A stretch of DNA of 63,453 nt, filler included, from Chiloscyllium plagiosum (GCF_004010195.1; 4 parts of one record of this genome joined end to end with filler, not necessarily neighbours in it); one strand, 5' to 3'. Shown: positions 49,266 through 62,051, counted from the whole stretch's first letter. Program-made: numbers and translations. Notes: a model not told the origin generated them from the sequence alone.

Positions 49266-50190
49266 TCTCATTCTGACCTCACCATCTGACCTCTCTGTCT
49301 GACCTCACCGTCTGACCTCTCATTCTGACCTCACCATCTGACCTCTCTGTCTGACCTCTCATTCTGACCTCACTGTCTGACCTCTCTGTCTGACCTCACC
49401 GTCTGACCTCACTGTCTGACCTCTCTGTCTGACTTCACTGGCTGACCTGACCTCACCGTCTGACCTCACTGACTGACCTCTCTGTCTGACCTCACTGTCT
49501 GACCTCTCTGTCTGACCTCACCGTCTGACCTCACTGTCTGACCTCTCTGTCTGACTTCACTGGCTGACCTGACCTCACCGTCTGACCTCACTGTCTGACT
49601 TCACTGTCTGACCTCACTGTCTGACTTCATTGTCTGACCTCACTGTCTGACCTCTCTGTCTGACTTCTCCGTCTGACCTCACTGTCTGACCTCACCGTCT
49701 GACCTCACTGTCTGACTTCACTGTCTGACCTGACCTCACTGTCTGACCTCACTGTCTGACTTCACTGTCTGACCTCACTGCCTGACCTCTCTGTCTGACC
49801 TCACTGTCTGACCTCTCTGTCTGACCTCACCGTCTGACTTCACTGTCTGACCTCACTGTCTGACCTCTCTGTCTGACCTCACCTCTGACCTCACTGTCTG
49901 ACCTCACCTCTGACCTCACTGTCTGACCTCTCTGTCTGACCTCACTGTCTGACTTCACTGTCTGACCTCTCTGTCTGACCTCACTGTCTGACCTCACCGT
50001 CTGACCTCTCATTCTGACCTCACCTCTGACCTCACTGTCTGACCTCTCTGTCTGACCGCTCTGTCTGACATGTCTGTCTGACCTCACTGTCTGACCTCTC
50101 CGTCTGACCTCACTGTCTGACCTCTCCGTCTGACCTCTCCGTCTGACCTTTCCTCCTGACCTTTCCTCCTGAACTCTCTGCCTGACCTCA
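49266..50190. repeat. 13-bp minisatellite (TCTGACCTCACTG)n with variants
   Basis: Roughly 70 tandem units visible; variants include CTCTCTG, CTCACCG and CTTCACTG. Confidence 0.95.
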
Positions 50191-51004
50191 CATCCAATGA
50201 AAGAACAAAGAGTAAAAGAATATTTTTCCCATCGCAATGTCTTGTTTTAAGAATTCAGCCAACTGAACAAATCCCAGTGAATCGAGTGTAGCGAAATCAT
50301 GCTTCAACAGAGGTTTGATGTGAAATCTTCAGTTGTGAACAATTGTGAAGTACTATAATGATATTATACCTTCTGACTGACAGCTGGATAAGAGAAGGGA
50401 GTTGTAAGGTAGTGAGGAAAGAACAAGGGAGGAGCGATGCTAATTGACTTGCTCATGCAAAGCTACAATGGGCCAAATGGCCTGTTTCTGCATCTGACGA
50501 TTCCCTGGCCTCTCAGAATGTTTTCGAACCCAGCGAGCAATGGAAATGACTCAGTCTCATAGAATTACTGGAATACCACTTAATTTTTACAAAACAGGAT
50601 CCTGCTGTGAACAGCCATGTAAAAAGTAATTTTTGCTTTAAAGTTTGTAATATAGAGCCAAACTGAGAGTGTCAGGTTGTCATTCCGCAGCACAGTAACA
50701 GCATTAAGTGCTGCTTTGATGAGCATTAAACATTCCCCAGCTAACAGCATTGCAGTAATGCTCCAGGATAGGGAGATTGTAGTGTCTCCAAAGTCTTACT
50801 CTTAAGTATTTGTCTGAAAAGGGCACCCGAGTGTGTAACGTTCACGTTAAAACATTTATACACTGAGTGACAATAGCTCGGTGTCATTGGAGGACAGAAT
50901 CCAGAGTCTTCTTAGGAACAGAAGGCCATTCAGCCCATTTGTTCCGTCATCCAATGAGCTCAAGGCAATTCTGTGTTGCCCCTTCATCTCCCAGGTATCT
51001 TGGT

Positions 51005-51600
51005 CAATAGATGTGAAGCTGGGTGAGCACAGCAGGTCAGACAGCATCCGGGGGGGGCAGGAAAATCAACATTTCAGGCCGAAACCCTTTGTCAGGACTG
51101 GGGAGGGGGAGGGGAGCCCAGAAATAAATATGGGAGGGGGGATGGTGGGGCTGGGGAAGGGTGATGCAGGTCGTTCTGCTATAACGCAGGCTTTGTCAAT
51201 ACAAATTGGCCGTAACGCAATTGATGAATACAGGATTGCTGCTTCTAAAGCATAAACCTTTGAAACGTGTGTTGGCTGTAACGCGATTACATCACTAACA
51301 CTTTAAGTGTAACTGGCATTGCATGAAATGTGTATAGTGCACACAAACATGACCATCACGCTACAGAAGAAATGACTGTAGGTGGGTGCAGGTGGGGGTG
51401 TTATTGTGATTGGTCAGTGAGAAAGCCAGAGTAGGTAGGTGAGGAGGAAGATGGACAGGTTAGGACAGATCAGGGAGGGGTGGAGGAGGAGGAGGGAGAG
51501 GGAGGGCTAGACATGGGATAAGGCTCGGGGCTGGGGGGGGGAGGAAGTTTGAAGCTGCTGAAGTCATTATTGAGGTTGTTAGGTTGTAGGCTCCCCAAGG
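51005..51600 (-). mobile_element. Penelope-like element 3' end (GIY-YIG tail and pLTR) interrupted by a MITE
   Basis: Minus strand encodes GSLQPNNLNNDFSSF (compare GTLQPQGINVDF at about 27550), then CTGACAA-A-GGG-TTTCGG-CCT-GAAA and the family-A tail. Confidence 0.7.
51167..51378. mobile_element. Tigger/pogo-type MITE, diverged
   Basis: Termini CAGGTCGTTCTGCTATAAC and GCTACAGAAGAAATGACTG-TA; similar to 53801-54009. Confidence 0.6.
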
Positions 51601-51770
51601 TTAACAGTTTCATGGTCACCATCCCCGAGAGCAGCTTTCAATTCCAGATTTATTCACTGAATTTAAATTCAAGCTCTGTCCACATCCGTAAGGAGATCAC
51701 ATCCTAATTTACTGATTTGGGTAATACAAATATCAATTGATCAGAAGCAGGCCATTCAGTCCCTTCAGGA

Positions 51771-51990
51771 GGAGAAAGTGAGGACTGCAGATACTGGAGA
51801 TCAGAGTCAAAAAGTGTGATGCTGGAAAAGCACAGCCGGTCAGGCAGCATCCGAGGAGCAGCAGAATCGATGTTTCGAGCATAAGCTCTTCATCAATCCC
51901 GATGAAGAGTTTGTGCTCAAAATGTTGACCCTCCTGCTCCTCCGATGCTGCCTGACTGGCTGTGCTTTTGCAGCATCACACTTTTTGACT
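51771..51990. mobile_element. Palindromic family-A insertion in a CR1 tail
   Basis: Arms of about 90 bp centred on CTTCATCAATCCCGATGAAG; CATTCAG(T)CCC is repeated at the flanks. Confidence 0.8.
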
Positions 51991-53051
51991 CATTCAGCCC
52001 ATCGAGTCTGCTGTACCACTCAATGGGATCATGCCTGATTTGATAATCCTCAACTCCACTTTCCTGCATTTTCCCCATAACCCTCGATTCCCCTTCCTGA
52101 TCAAAACCCTGTCTGTCTCAGCCTTGAATATACTCAATGCCCCAGCCTCGACAGCCCTCTGAGGTAAAGAATTCCACAGATTCACTCCCCTCTGAGAGAA
52201 GAAATTCCTCCTCATCTCTAAATATGCAACCTCTTATTTTGAGGGGGGTTGGAAAAGAGCATCACAAAAGCCAACATCAGATTCCCATGATGCAGGGCCA
52301 CAGTTCTCCATCCAATGCCAAGCACTTGGAGGTCACAAAAGGTGCTACCTAAATGCACAGTCGACTTTTCCTTAATTGTAAGTCTTCCAGACGCAGTAGA
52401 AGGTGGATTATTTGCAACAGGATTTGGGATATACGTAACTCCACTAATGAGAGTGGGCCTGGACGATAATGTGTTTGTAGCTTAATTGACTTGCATTTCA
52501 AGTCACTGAGCAACACAGGGACTTGTGCAATGAATCGCTCCCTAGCTTTTGGTGTAACCATTCAGTCAGATTCACTGGCAATCAACATATAATTTACACT
52601 GAAAGTGGGTAGTGAGCCATCAGTTCAGAATGATTTAAACAGGGTCATTCCCATTTGTTTTGTGCTGCAGCATTGCTTCTGGGCCTCAAACTCACATGAG
52701 CTCCTCAGGACCACCCGCCCCGTCAAACCCCCCCCCACAAACCCCATGGCTTAATGGGTGGTATCCTCACCTCCTCACCAAGTCTCACACCAAGGGCATT
52801 AAGCTCAGAATCAAGGCTCATGCCCCAGTGAAAGGGTGCTGCACAGTCAGAGGAGCTGCCTTTTGGAATCTTATGGAGGGTCTTGGTCCCCAGCTCCATC
52901 TTGTCTCTGGTTTAGGTCAATTTTCCATGTGACGTGCAGGAAACAGACCCACCGAATGGTAATGTCGCTGGGCTACGAATCCCCAAGTCCAGAGGCTGGG
53001 GGTTTGAATCCCACCATGGCCCGGGGGTAATGTCACAGGATTGATAATCCA

Positions 53052-53700
53052 GAGGTGAAAATGTGTTGCTGGAAAAGCGCAGCAGGTCAGGCAGCATCCA
53101 AGGAGCAGGAGAATCGACATTTCGGGCATGAGCCTTTCTTCAGGAATGAGGAGGGTGTGCCAAGCAGGCTAAGATAAAAGGTAGGGAGGAGGGACTTGGG
53201 GGAGGGGCGTTGGAAATGCGATAGGTGGAAGGAGGTTAAGGTTAGATTTTAGATTACATTACAGTGTGGAAACAGGCCCTTCGGCCCAACAAGTCCACAC
53301 CCACCCGCCACCCACCCATACCCCTACATTTACCCCTTACCTAACACTACGGGCAATTTAGCATGGGCAATCCACCTGACCTGCACATCTTTGGACTGTG
53401 GGAGGAAACTGGAGCACCCGGAGGAAAAATGAGGAAACTGGAGAAATCTGAGTTCATCCCTTGTGGTTGGAGGGTTCCTAGGCAGAAGATGAGGCGCTCT
53501 TGGAACAGGAGTAGGCCATTTGCCCCATTGAGGAGAAAGTGAGGTCTGCAGATGCTGGAGATCAAAGCTGGAAATGTGTTGCTGGAAAAGTGCAGGAGGA
53601 AACTGGAGAAATCTGAGTTCATCCCTTGTGGTTGGAGGGTTCCTAGGCAGAAGATGAGGCGCTCTTGGAACAGGAGTAGGCCTTTTCCCCATTGGACTTG
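53052..53700 (-). mobile_element. Composite of Penelope pLTR, HE1 3' half and a duplicated Penelope/CR1 junction
   Basis: Minus-strand CTGAAGA...GAAA at 53110-53146; HE1 at 53243-53426; ERLIFCLGTLQPQGMNSDF present twice. Confidence 0.8.
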
Positions 53701-53800
53701 CTCAGCTATTCAATATGATCTTCTATCTCAATGTCATATTCCAGCTTTCTTGCCAGGCCACTGGGTAAGTTTAATATCAACAAAATCTCTCTTTATTGTA

Positions 53801-54009
53801 CAGTCGGTTCTGTTATAACATGTGTGTCTCCAACGCGAATTAGCTTTAATGTGATTGAAGCATTTAGACCGTTATTTGTAGAGTGTGAACTTTCCTTACC
53901 TATATTGGCTTTAACGTGATCCCAGCTCCATTAATTTAAATGGCATGGCTATTGGGCGATTTGCTTACAATGTGAGAATGGAGCTATTGTGTTATATCAG
54001 AACTAACTG
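53801..54009. mobile_element. Tigger/pogo-type MITE
   Basis: TA-CAGTCGGTTCTGTTATAACA ... TGTTATATCAGAACTAACTG-TG: TIRs match at 17 of 20 positions, with TA at the left flank. Confidence 0.75.
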
Positions 54010-54423
54010 TGTATATTCAGGGTCTTGGCCTTCACAGGCAGGACTTCAGTCTTAAAGCAAGATTTTACAACTCCAGGATTCTAATCTATATCAAACCGCC
54101 TCAGGCTGGTTGAACTGAAAGTGTTGAAGGGCAGAACGAGGTGATCTGTTTTAGCCAAGGCCACCAACACCTAATGACCCACCACCTGAAGTGACATTAA
54201 ACAGGATCAGTTCATTTGAGCTGGCTTCAGCTTCCACTCTGCCATAAATATTCAGTGGCATGTTCAATTCAGGGGCAGAGGACTCCAAGTTGAGGATCTG
54301 GGAGGTGGAGGGATGCAGCCAGTGGCATGATATAGTACAGAAGGCAGCCATTTGACCCATCTTGTCTATGCCAACCCAGATACCCTCTCATAGAAACCAC
54401 AGAAACGATGCAACACATGCTGG

Positions 54424-54726
54424 GTTAGCAGCGGGGTGACTGTTGCTTGGCAAGTGCTCACAGGAGCTCTGGCTGAAGGTTATGGGGGGAGAGAGAGAGA
54501 GAGAGAGCTGGCAGACAGTATGGGGTGTCTGTGTGTGTGGGTCTGTGTGTATGTGTGCGTGTGCGTGTGGGTGTGGGTGTTAGCAGCGGGGTGACTGTTG
54601 CTTGGCAAGTGCTCACAGGAGCTCTGGCTGAAGGTTATGGGGGGAGAGAGAGAGCTGGCAGACAGTATGGGGTGTCTGTGTGTGTGGGTCTGTGTGTATG
54701 TGTGCGTGTGCGTGTGGGTGTGGGTG
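54424..54726 (+). repeat. Tandem duplication of about 155 bp
   Basis: 54424-54578 is repeated from 54579; the copies differ only in G/GA run length. Confidence 0.9.
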
Positions 54727-54915
54727 TGGGTGTGAGTGGGTATGAGTGAGTGTGAATGGGTATGAGTGAGTGTGAGCGTGTCTGTGGATGTTGTGTGTGT
54801 GTGGATGTGAGTGAGNNNNNNNNNNNNNNNNNNNNNNNNNNNNNNNNNNNNNNNNNNNNTTAATTAATTAANNNNNNNNNNNNNNNNNNNNNNNNNNNNN
54901 NNNNNNNNNNNNNNN

Positions 54916-55204
54916 TTACAGTGTGGAAACAGGCCCTTCGGCCCAACAAGTCCACACCGACCCGCCGAAGCGTAACCCACCCATTCCCCCCTTACCTAAC
55001 ACTACGGGCAATTTAGCACGGCCAATTCACCTGACCTGCACATCTTTGGACTGTGGGAGGAAACCGGAGCACCCGGAGGGGAACCACGCTGACACGGGGA
55101 GAATGTGCAAACTCCACACAGTCAGTCGCCTGAGTCGGGAATTGAACCCGGGTCTCTGGCGCTGTGAGGCAGCAGTGCTAACCACTGTGCCACCGTGCCG
55201 CCCA
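54916..55204 (-). mobile_element. HE1-type SINE
   Basis: HE1 body; the tail runs into a linker gap. Confidence 0.9.
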
Positions 55205-55914
55205 CTAATGTTACACACACTTTGAAACACGGGCTTATATAAAGACATACGCATAAATAGGACATGCACAAATAGACATAGAAATAAACCTACACACACA
55301 AAAACAGGAGCACACACCTATCTCATCGAGAACCACACTGACATACACACATTCAGTGAATGTCCACAGAGAGACCCATAAGCTGAATTAATATCCCTTT
55401 CTGTTGCACATTAGTTAGCCCGAAGATGGGTGCACCAAAGGTTCCACTCCTCATTGTGAGGAGGGGGGTTTGTCCTGCCCTGGGGCATGCAATATTAAGA
55501 AAGGCCAGACAGAGTGGATGCTGAGAATGGGGACACATTCTCACAATAAGGAGCCAATTGGTTCAGACCGCGATGAAGAGAATTTACTTCACTTAGAGGA
55601 TGATGAACGTTTGGAACCTTTAGCTCCAGACAGTCAGACATGCAGAATGTCTAAGGAGGAGACTGAATGGTTTGGGACCCTGAGGATATCAGGGGACTTG
55701 GGGATGAAGTAGGAAAGTGGAGATGATGTCGCAAAGTGAATTACACAAATATTTAAAGGGAAGAGATTGGAGGGCTATGGGCAATAAACAGGAAGAGGGG
55801 GCTAATCAGACAGCATGGGTTGAGTGGCCTCATGCTAACCAATATCCCGCTGTGGTGACCTGGATGGCCATAAAGCTCTGAATCAGTCTCCACCCACACC
55901 AACACTTGGTCTTA

Positions 55915-56385
55915 GAGTCATAGAGTCATGCAGCACAGAAAAGGCCCTTCAGCCAATCAGGGGTCTGCACTGACTTCTCTATACTAGCCCCACTTTCCCA
56001 CACTAGGTCCATAGCCTTGAAGGTAGTGACACTATATGCTCATCCAAGTGCTTTTGAAAGGTTGTGAGGTTTCCCACCACAACTCCCCTCACAGGCAGCG
56101 CATTCCAGACCCTCACCACCCTCTGGGTGAAAAATATTTTCTCAAATCCCCTCTACACCTCCTGCCTCTTTGCCCTAAAGTTGTTCCCCCCTTGCCCTTG
56201 ACCCTTTAAGGAAGGGGAACAGCTCCTTCCTTCCCTGCCTGTGTCCCTCATAACCTTACACTCCTCTATCAGGTCCTGACTCAAACCCTCTCTGCTCCAC
56301 AGAAAACAGCCCAAGCTTATCCAGCCTCTCCCCATCGCTGAGATGCTCCACCCCAGGCACCATCCTGGGGAATCTCCTCCAGTGT
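55915..56385 (-). mobile_element. CR1-like LINE 3' region
   Basis: TAGAGTCATAGAGTCA tail; minus-strand ORF contains RRFPRMVPGVEHLSDGERLDKLGLFSVEQR. Confidence 0.8.
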
Positions 56386-57369
56386 AGTTGGCCGTGGCTC
56401 TGGGGCTTGGTTTGGGAGGTTTCAGGGTGAAAGTGAGGACTGCAGATGCTGGAGATCACAGTCTAGATCAGAGTGGTGCTGGGAAAGCACAGCAGGTCAG
56501 GCAGCATCCGAGGAGCAGGAAAATCTACGCCCTTCATCAGGAATCAGTTTGAAGACCCAGGCCAGGCTCTGGGAGATATGGTGCAGAGAGACAGCCCTCA
56601 CATGGGGCTGAGAGGCAGGTGATGGTGGGAATAATCCACTTGGTGCTGCCGCTGCTGTACCTTGATGAAGATGCTCCACTGAGGCTACAGCCTGCCCGGC
56701 CTGTCGGACATTGGGAGGATCCTGCACCAGTTGAGGAATGAGGGTGAGGGAGGAGGGGTTTGAAAGAGGGACTGAGAGCTCCCTCTAGTGTCCTGACTGA
56801 CCACTCATTCCTCAAGGAGTACCATCCCATCGCTGTGTGTGGGATCTTGCTGTGTGCAAGTGAGCTGTCATCGACCTCTCTACGTTATAACGGTGGCAGT
56901 GCTTGGAACATGGTCCGCTGGCCATGACATGTTTATGGAAGCCCTGGGGTTCTGACAGGCACTACAGAAATGCAAGCTCTCTCTGCCCAGTTTATAATCT
57001 CCTGCCATCATCTGGACCCCAGGCACGGTCTGCTGGCTGTGTCCTCGCTTTTCACACCGGGTAACACCTCCTAGCCTGTAATCATCTCACCGCAGTGACA
57101 GACCTCACACCGACTGCTAGGGGGCTTGGTTTACTCTGTCGGCTGGATGGATGGCTGAGGTTACCCATGAAGGATCCCACTCCTCAACCTCTCTCCTCAC
57201 CTGAGGGGGGGGGTGACCCCCAGTTATCTCTCTCTCTCTAATGAATCTGGGAAAACTGTAGTGAGTTTACCTTCAGCACACCCATGCTGATTGGCCTGTG
57301 GAAACTATACCTTCCAGAGTGTGGACTATTCCCACCATCACCTGCCTCTCAGTTCTTTCTCAACCTCGG

Positions 57370-57629
57370 TGTCTCTCCCTCTCTCTCTCTCGCTTGGTAT
57401 CTCTCTCCCTCAGTGTCTCTCTTTCTCTCGGTTGGTCTCTCTCTCTCTCGCTTTTTCTCATTGTCTTTCTCTCACTCTGTCTCTCTCTCTCTCTCAATTG
57501 GTCTATCTCTCTCTCTCTCAGTGTCTCTCTCGGTGTCTCTCTCTCTCTCTCAGTGTCTCTCTCTCTCTCTCTGTTTTCACTTGTTCACTCTTCTCTCACT
57601 CACTCTTTTCTCTCTCTTGGTCTTTGCTC
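57370..57629. repeat. (CT)n-rich microsatellite running into a gap
   Basis: Visible CT runs. Confidence 0.9.
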
Positions 57630-58177
57630 NNNNNNNNNNNNNNNNNNNNNNNNNNNNNNNNNNNNNNNNNNNNNNNNNNNNNNNNNNNNNNNNNNNNNNN
57701 NNNNNNNNNNNNNNNNNNNNNNNNNNNNNNNNNNNNNNNNNNNNNNNNNNNNNNNNNNNNNNNNNNNNNNNNNNNNNNNNNNNNNNNNNNNNNNNNNNNN
57801 NNNNNNNNNNNNNNNNNNNNNNNNNNNNNNNNNNNNNNNNNNNNNNNACCTTCCTAACGATCCCACTATGTCTTCACACATTCTTTGCCAGTGTGGGAGC
57901 GCAGCCACAGATGGCAGTTCTGAAGTAGCGCCACTGGATTTGAAATGTTAACTCTGTTTCTCTCTGCTTTGATGCTGTCACACCTGCTGAGTTTCTCCAG
58001 CACTTTCTGTTTTTATTTCAAATCTTCAGCATCCACAGTACGTTGCCTTGACCACAGATGGTAAAATTCACTTAAGAAGCCAACCAGCCAGAAAGCTTCC
58101 CATATCACAATATCCAACTGTTTCTTAAACGATTCCAAAGTTTTCTGTCCATTCCCTATCAGTTCCGTGGTATCTGT

Positions 58178-58690
58178 TACAGAGTCATAGAGATGTACAG
58201 CACAGAAACAGACCCTTCGATCCAACCCGTCCATGCTGACCAGATATCCCAACCCAATCTAGTCCCACCTGCCAGCACCCGGCCCATATCCCTCCAAACC
58301 CTTCCTATTCATATACCCATCCAGATGCCTTTTAAATGTTGCCATTGTACCAGTCCCCACCACATCCTCTGGCAGCTCATTCCATACACGTACCACCCTC
58401 TATGTGAAAAAGCTGCCCCTTAGGTCTCTTTTATATCTTTCCCCTCACCCTAAACCTATGCCTTCTGGACTCCCCCACCCCAGGGAAACGACCTTGTTTA
58501 TTTACCCTATCCATGTCCCTTGTGATTTAAGAAACCTCTATAAGGTCACCCCTCAGCCTCCGACGCTCCAGGGAAAACAGCCCCAACCTGTTCAGCCTCT
58601 CCCTGTAGCTCAAATCCTCCAACCCTGGCAACATCCTTGTAGATATTTTCTGAGCCCTTTCAAGTTTCACAACATCTTTCCGATAGGAAT
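58178..58690 (-). mobile_element. CR1/HER1-like LINE 3' region
   Basis: Tail AGAGTCATAGAGATGTACAGCAC; homologous to 9409-9640 and 60335-60870. Confidence 0.88.
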
Positions 58691-59663
58691 GAGAGTAGAA
58701 TCGCACGCGATATTCTGCTGTTTGTACAATGAGCCCCTTTCCGATGTCAGTCTAAGTGCACCTTTCCCTCAGAGGGTAACTGGAGAGAAAACTCTCCCTC
58801 AGGACGAATTTGAAATCAGGGCCATCAACATACAACACCATGGTGTGCCACAGGGCATTCTGGGACTCTGAGTTGCTATGGTAACATATGGTGGAGTCTG
58901 TATATTTCCAGTATATGGACTTAGTTTATCCAGTGAGCAGTTAGGGTCTGGAATGCACTGCTTGGAAATGTGGGGGAGGCAACTGAGGCATTCAAGAGGG
59001 ATATTAGATGGTTATTTGGTTGAAAATGGTGAGCAGGGCTACGGGGAAAAGGCAGGAGATTGGCACAAAGGGGTAGAACTGGACTAGATAATAGGGCAGG
59101 CAGGATGGACTGAATGGTCTCCCTATGGTGTCAATTCTGTGACAGTGATGGGTGAGCTCCAATATACTCCCTAATCCACGACTGACCAGGAATCTCTCCC
59201 ATTCTCCTCGCCTCAGGAAAGATTCACGAGTCAGTTCCTGAACTTAGTTGGCCCTGTCAGGTCCTGGAGGGGGGACTTGAACCAGGAGCCACTGGCACAG
59301 AGGCAGGTCCACTATCCTCTGCCCCACAGGAAACACTGGAGCAGTTAGTAAATCCGTAAGGCAGGGGAGGAAATTACCCAGACCAGTCAGAGTGTTGAGC
59401 TGACTCTCCGAGGGAGGGGTTGAAGCCAATAGCGTTGATTCATGGATTGGGACGATCTGCATTAGGACATAGCCAGCAGCACAGACTGTGGGCCAAATGG
59501 CCCGTTTCTCCCAAGAACACAGGAAATAATAGCAGCAGACCATTCAGCCCATCGAGCCTGCCCCTCCATTGGGCTTTCAACTCCACTCTCCCATCCCTTC
59601 CCTTTATCCCTTGGTTTTCCGAGTGACCAAAATTCCACCTGTCCTAGCCTTAAACATATTCAA

Positions 59664-59820
59664 GATGTGGACGTGCCGGTGTTAGACTGGGGTGGACAAG
59701 GTCAGAAGTCACCCGACACCAGGTTGATTTTAAATCACAAGCTTTCAGGAGCAGCTCTCTGAAAGCTTCTGATTTCAAATAAACGTGTTGGACTGTAACC
59801 TGGTGTTGTGGGACTTCTGA
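59664..59820. mobile_element. Family-B insertion with inverted arms in a CR1 tail
   Basis: TCAGAAGTC.C..ACACCAGGTT and AACCTGGTGT..G.GACTTCTGA; TAAA(C/T)ATATTCAA at both flanks. Confidence 0.7.
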
Positions 59821-60334
59821 ATTTAAATATATTCAATACTGCAACACTCACAGGCCTCGAGAGTGGAGAATTCCAAAATTCACAACCCTCTGAGTGAAAA
59901 CTTTTCTCCTCATCCCAATCCTGAATGATCATCCCCTTATCCTGAGGCTGTCCTAGATTCCTTCATTGATGTCTGGATATGAACAGTACACCAATGGCTG
60001 CTGTCACTTGATCGACTGAGCTAACATAGTATTGTCACCTCTGCCATCCCATGTACAGTCCCACATCATAACCATTCCTCAGTCCTCGACTGGATTTATC
60101 AAGAATATTTTCTATTTTTATTCAACTGTCTGGAGCCTGTGTTTTTTTTATCCTCTGGTTCAGTGTCTGTGAAGGAAAGGGATACAATAACAGACACACA
60201 CTCGAAACATATTCTGCTACCCATTCATCAAGGCACAAAATGCTTCTATATTCCTTCATGGACCAACATTTATTGCCCATTCCCAAATGCCAAGGGAGCA
60301 GTTAAGAGTCAGCCACATTGCTGTGGAGTCACAT

Positions 60335-60870
60335 AGAGTCATAGAGTCGTCCAGCACAGAAACATTCCCTTCGGTCCAACCAGTCCGTGCCGATCATAAT
60401 CCTAAACTAATCTAGTCCCACCTGCCTGCTCCTGGTCCATATCCCTCCAAACCTTTCCTGTTCATGAACTTATCCAAGAGACTTTCAAACATTGTAACTG
60501 TACACACATTCACCACTGCTTCTGGTAATTCAGTCCACACACAAATCACTCTCTGTGTTAGAAAATTGCCCCTCGTGTCCTTTTTCTCAAATCTTTACCC
60601 TATCACCTTAAAAATACGCTCCCACTGAAAACCCCCACCACAGAGAACAAAAACCCATCACTCACCTTATCTATGTCCCTCGTGATTTTATAAACCTCTG
60701 TAAGGTCACCCCTCAATCCCCCAAGCTCCAGTGTAAAACGTCCCAGTCTATCCAGCCTCTCTTTATAACTCAAACCCTCCATTCCCGGAAGCATTCCGGT
60801 AAATCCCTTCGGAACCCTCTCCAGTTTAATAATGTCCTTCCTATAGCAGGGAGACCAGAATTGGACACAA
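60335..60870 (-). mobile_element. CR1/HER1-like LINE inserted into a Meta-like SINE
   Basis: Minus-strand ORF MLPGMEGLSYKERLDRLG...LRGDLTEVYKI; SINE halves at about 60250-60332 and 60885-61030. Confidence 0.85.
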
Positions 60871-62013
60871 GTACTGCAGAAGAGACATGCAGCCAGACTG
60901 GGTAAGGGTGGTAGATTTGTCCAAAGACAGCATTAGTGAACCAGGTAACAATATTCGACAGGCAGTACACAGTTGGTTTGCAATGTATTCTAAATTTTTA
61001 CTCATTTCAAATTTCCCGACCTGCCACTGTGGATGATGTGCCCAGTGACAATATCAGTCTCCCACCAGCTCCCCCACTTCTCCTCCTCCCAGCCCCCAAA
61101 ACCTCCCCTGTAACCATTATTGACTACCCATTCTATTTATTGATTGATACACTTCAGTAGTTAGCAGCTCACTCCCGCGGTTCCAATCTATGAATTTCCC
61201 CGTACCGATAAAAAATAGCATTATACTGTCCTTCATTTTCACTAGATTCTTTTTTGTTTTTGATCCTTTTACACTTATTTTAGCGATGGATACAAACAAT
61301 TAAGCAGGGGAATACACAGCACAGAAACTAACAGCCTCAAGATTTCTTAAGATCATTGTCAATCTCTTTTTAAAACAGGCGATATCAGACCCTGTGACTG
61401 CTTGTTAGGCACCCACTATACTCAGCTCCTAATATACAAACAGACAGGCTTTAACAAATAGTTCTGCCAGTGAACTAGACAAACATTTCAATGGCTCTTC
61501 ATTAACAGCAAATCAACAAGTTATATTTTAATGCATGACTCTCTCCTCCTCTTCCCCTACTGGGACTGCAGTCGAGAGTGTGATGTACAGTACAGAGAGA
61601 GAGACATTATCAGATGCCTTGTCCCTGTGCTCTAACCATTGAAGACTTCACAGCCAGTGTTAAAAGAGTACGTTTAATTGACTGATAGACAGTGTCTCTT
61701 TTGTTCATGGAAGACAGCAAAGTAATAGCAGCTTGCAAAACCCGAACCATCCTCAGCATCTCCCGGGACCAGTAACTGGGGGAATATGTGTAAGGAATAA
61801 ATAAATAATCTAATTATTGAGGCACTTCCTGTCACGTTAACTCCAATTTGTTGGCTTTGAAGACAACAAAATGAGGCATTTTTCCTCATTATGTTATCCT
61901 TTTTTGCTCCACTGGTAATATCTGGCAGATTAAAGGGTGTCTGATTGGAGGTTTTTGTCATGGAACTGCGAGACAACCAGCATTACAAGGAGAGGAGTGG
62001 GGGCAGGGGGAGC

Positions 62014-62051
<38 letters not shown>

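Noticed and set aside
49266..50237. Periodic array as a possible CRISPR or repetitive protein (136-aa ORF)
   Set aside because: No unique spacers, vertebrate context, and a 13-bp unit that shifts frame; a simple minisatellite.
52391..52485. Protein-like reading DAVEGGLFATGFGIYVTPLMRVGLDDNVFVA after a possible acceptor
   Set aside because: Weak splice context, no recognisable homology and no supporting exons.
54424..54726. 155-bp tandem duplication as a biological finding
   Set aside because: Nearly exact, bounded by microsatellites and next to a contig end; may be an assembly artefact.
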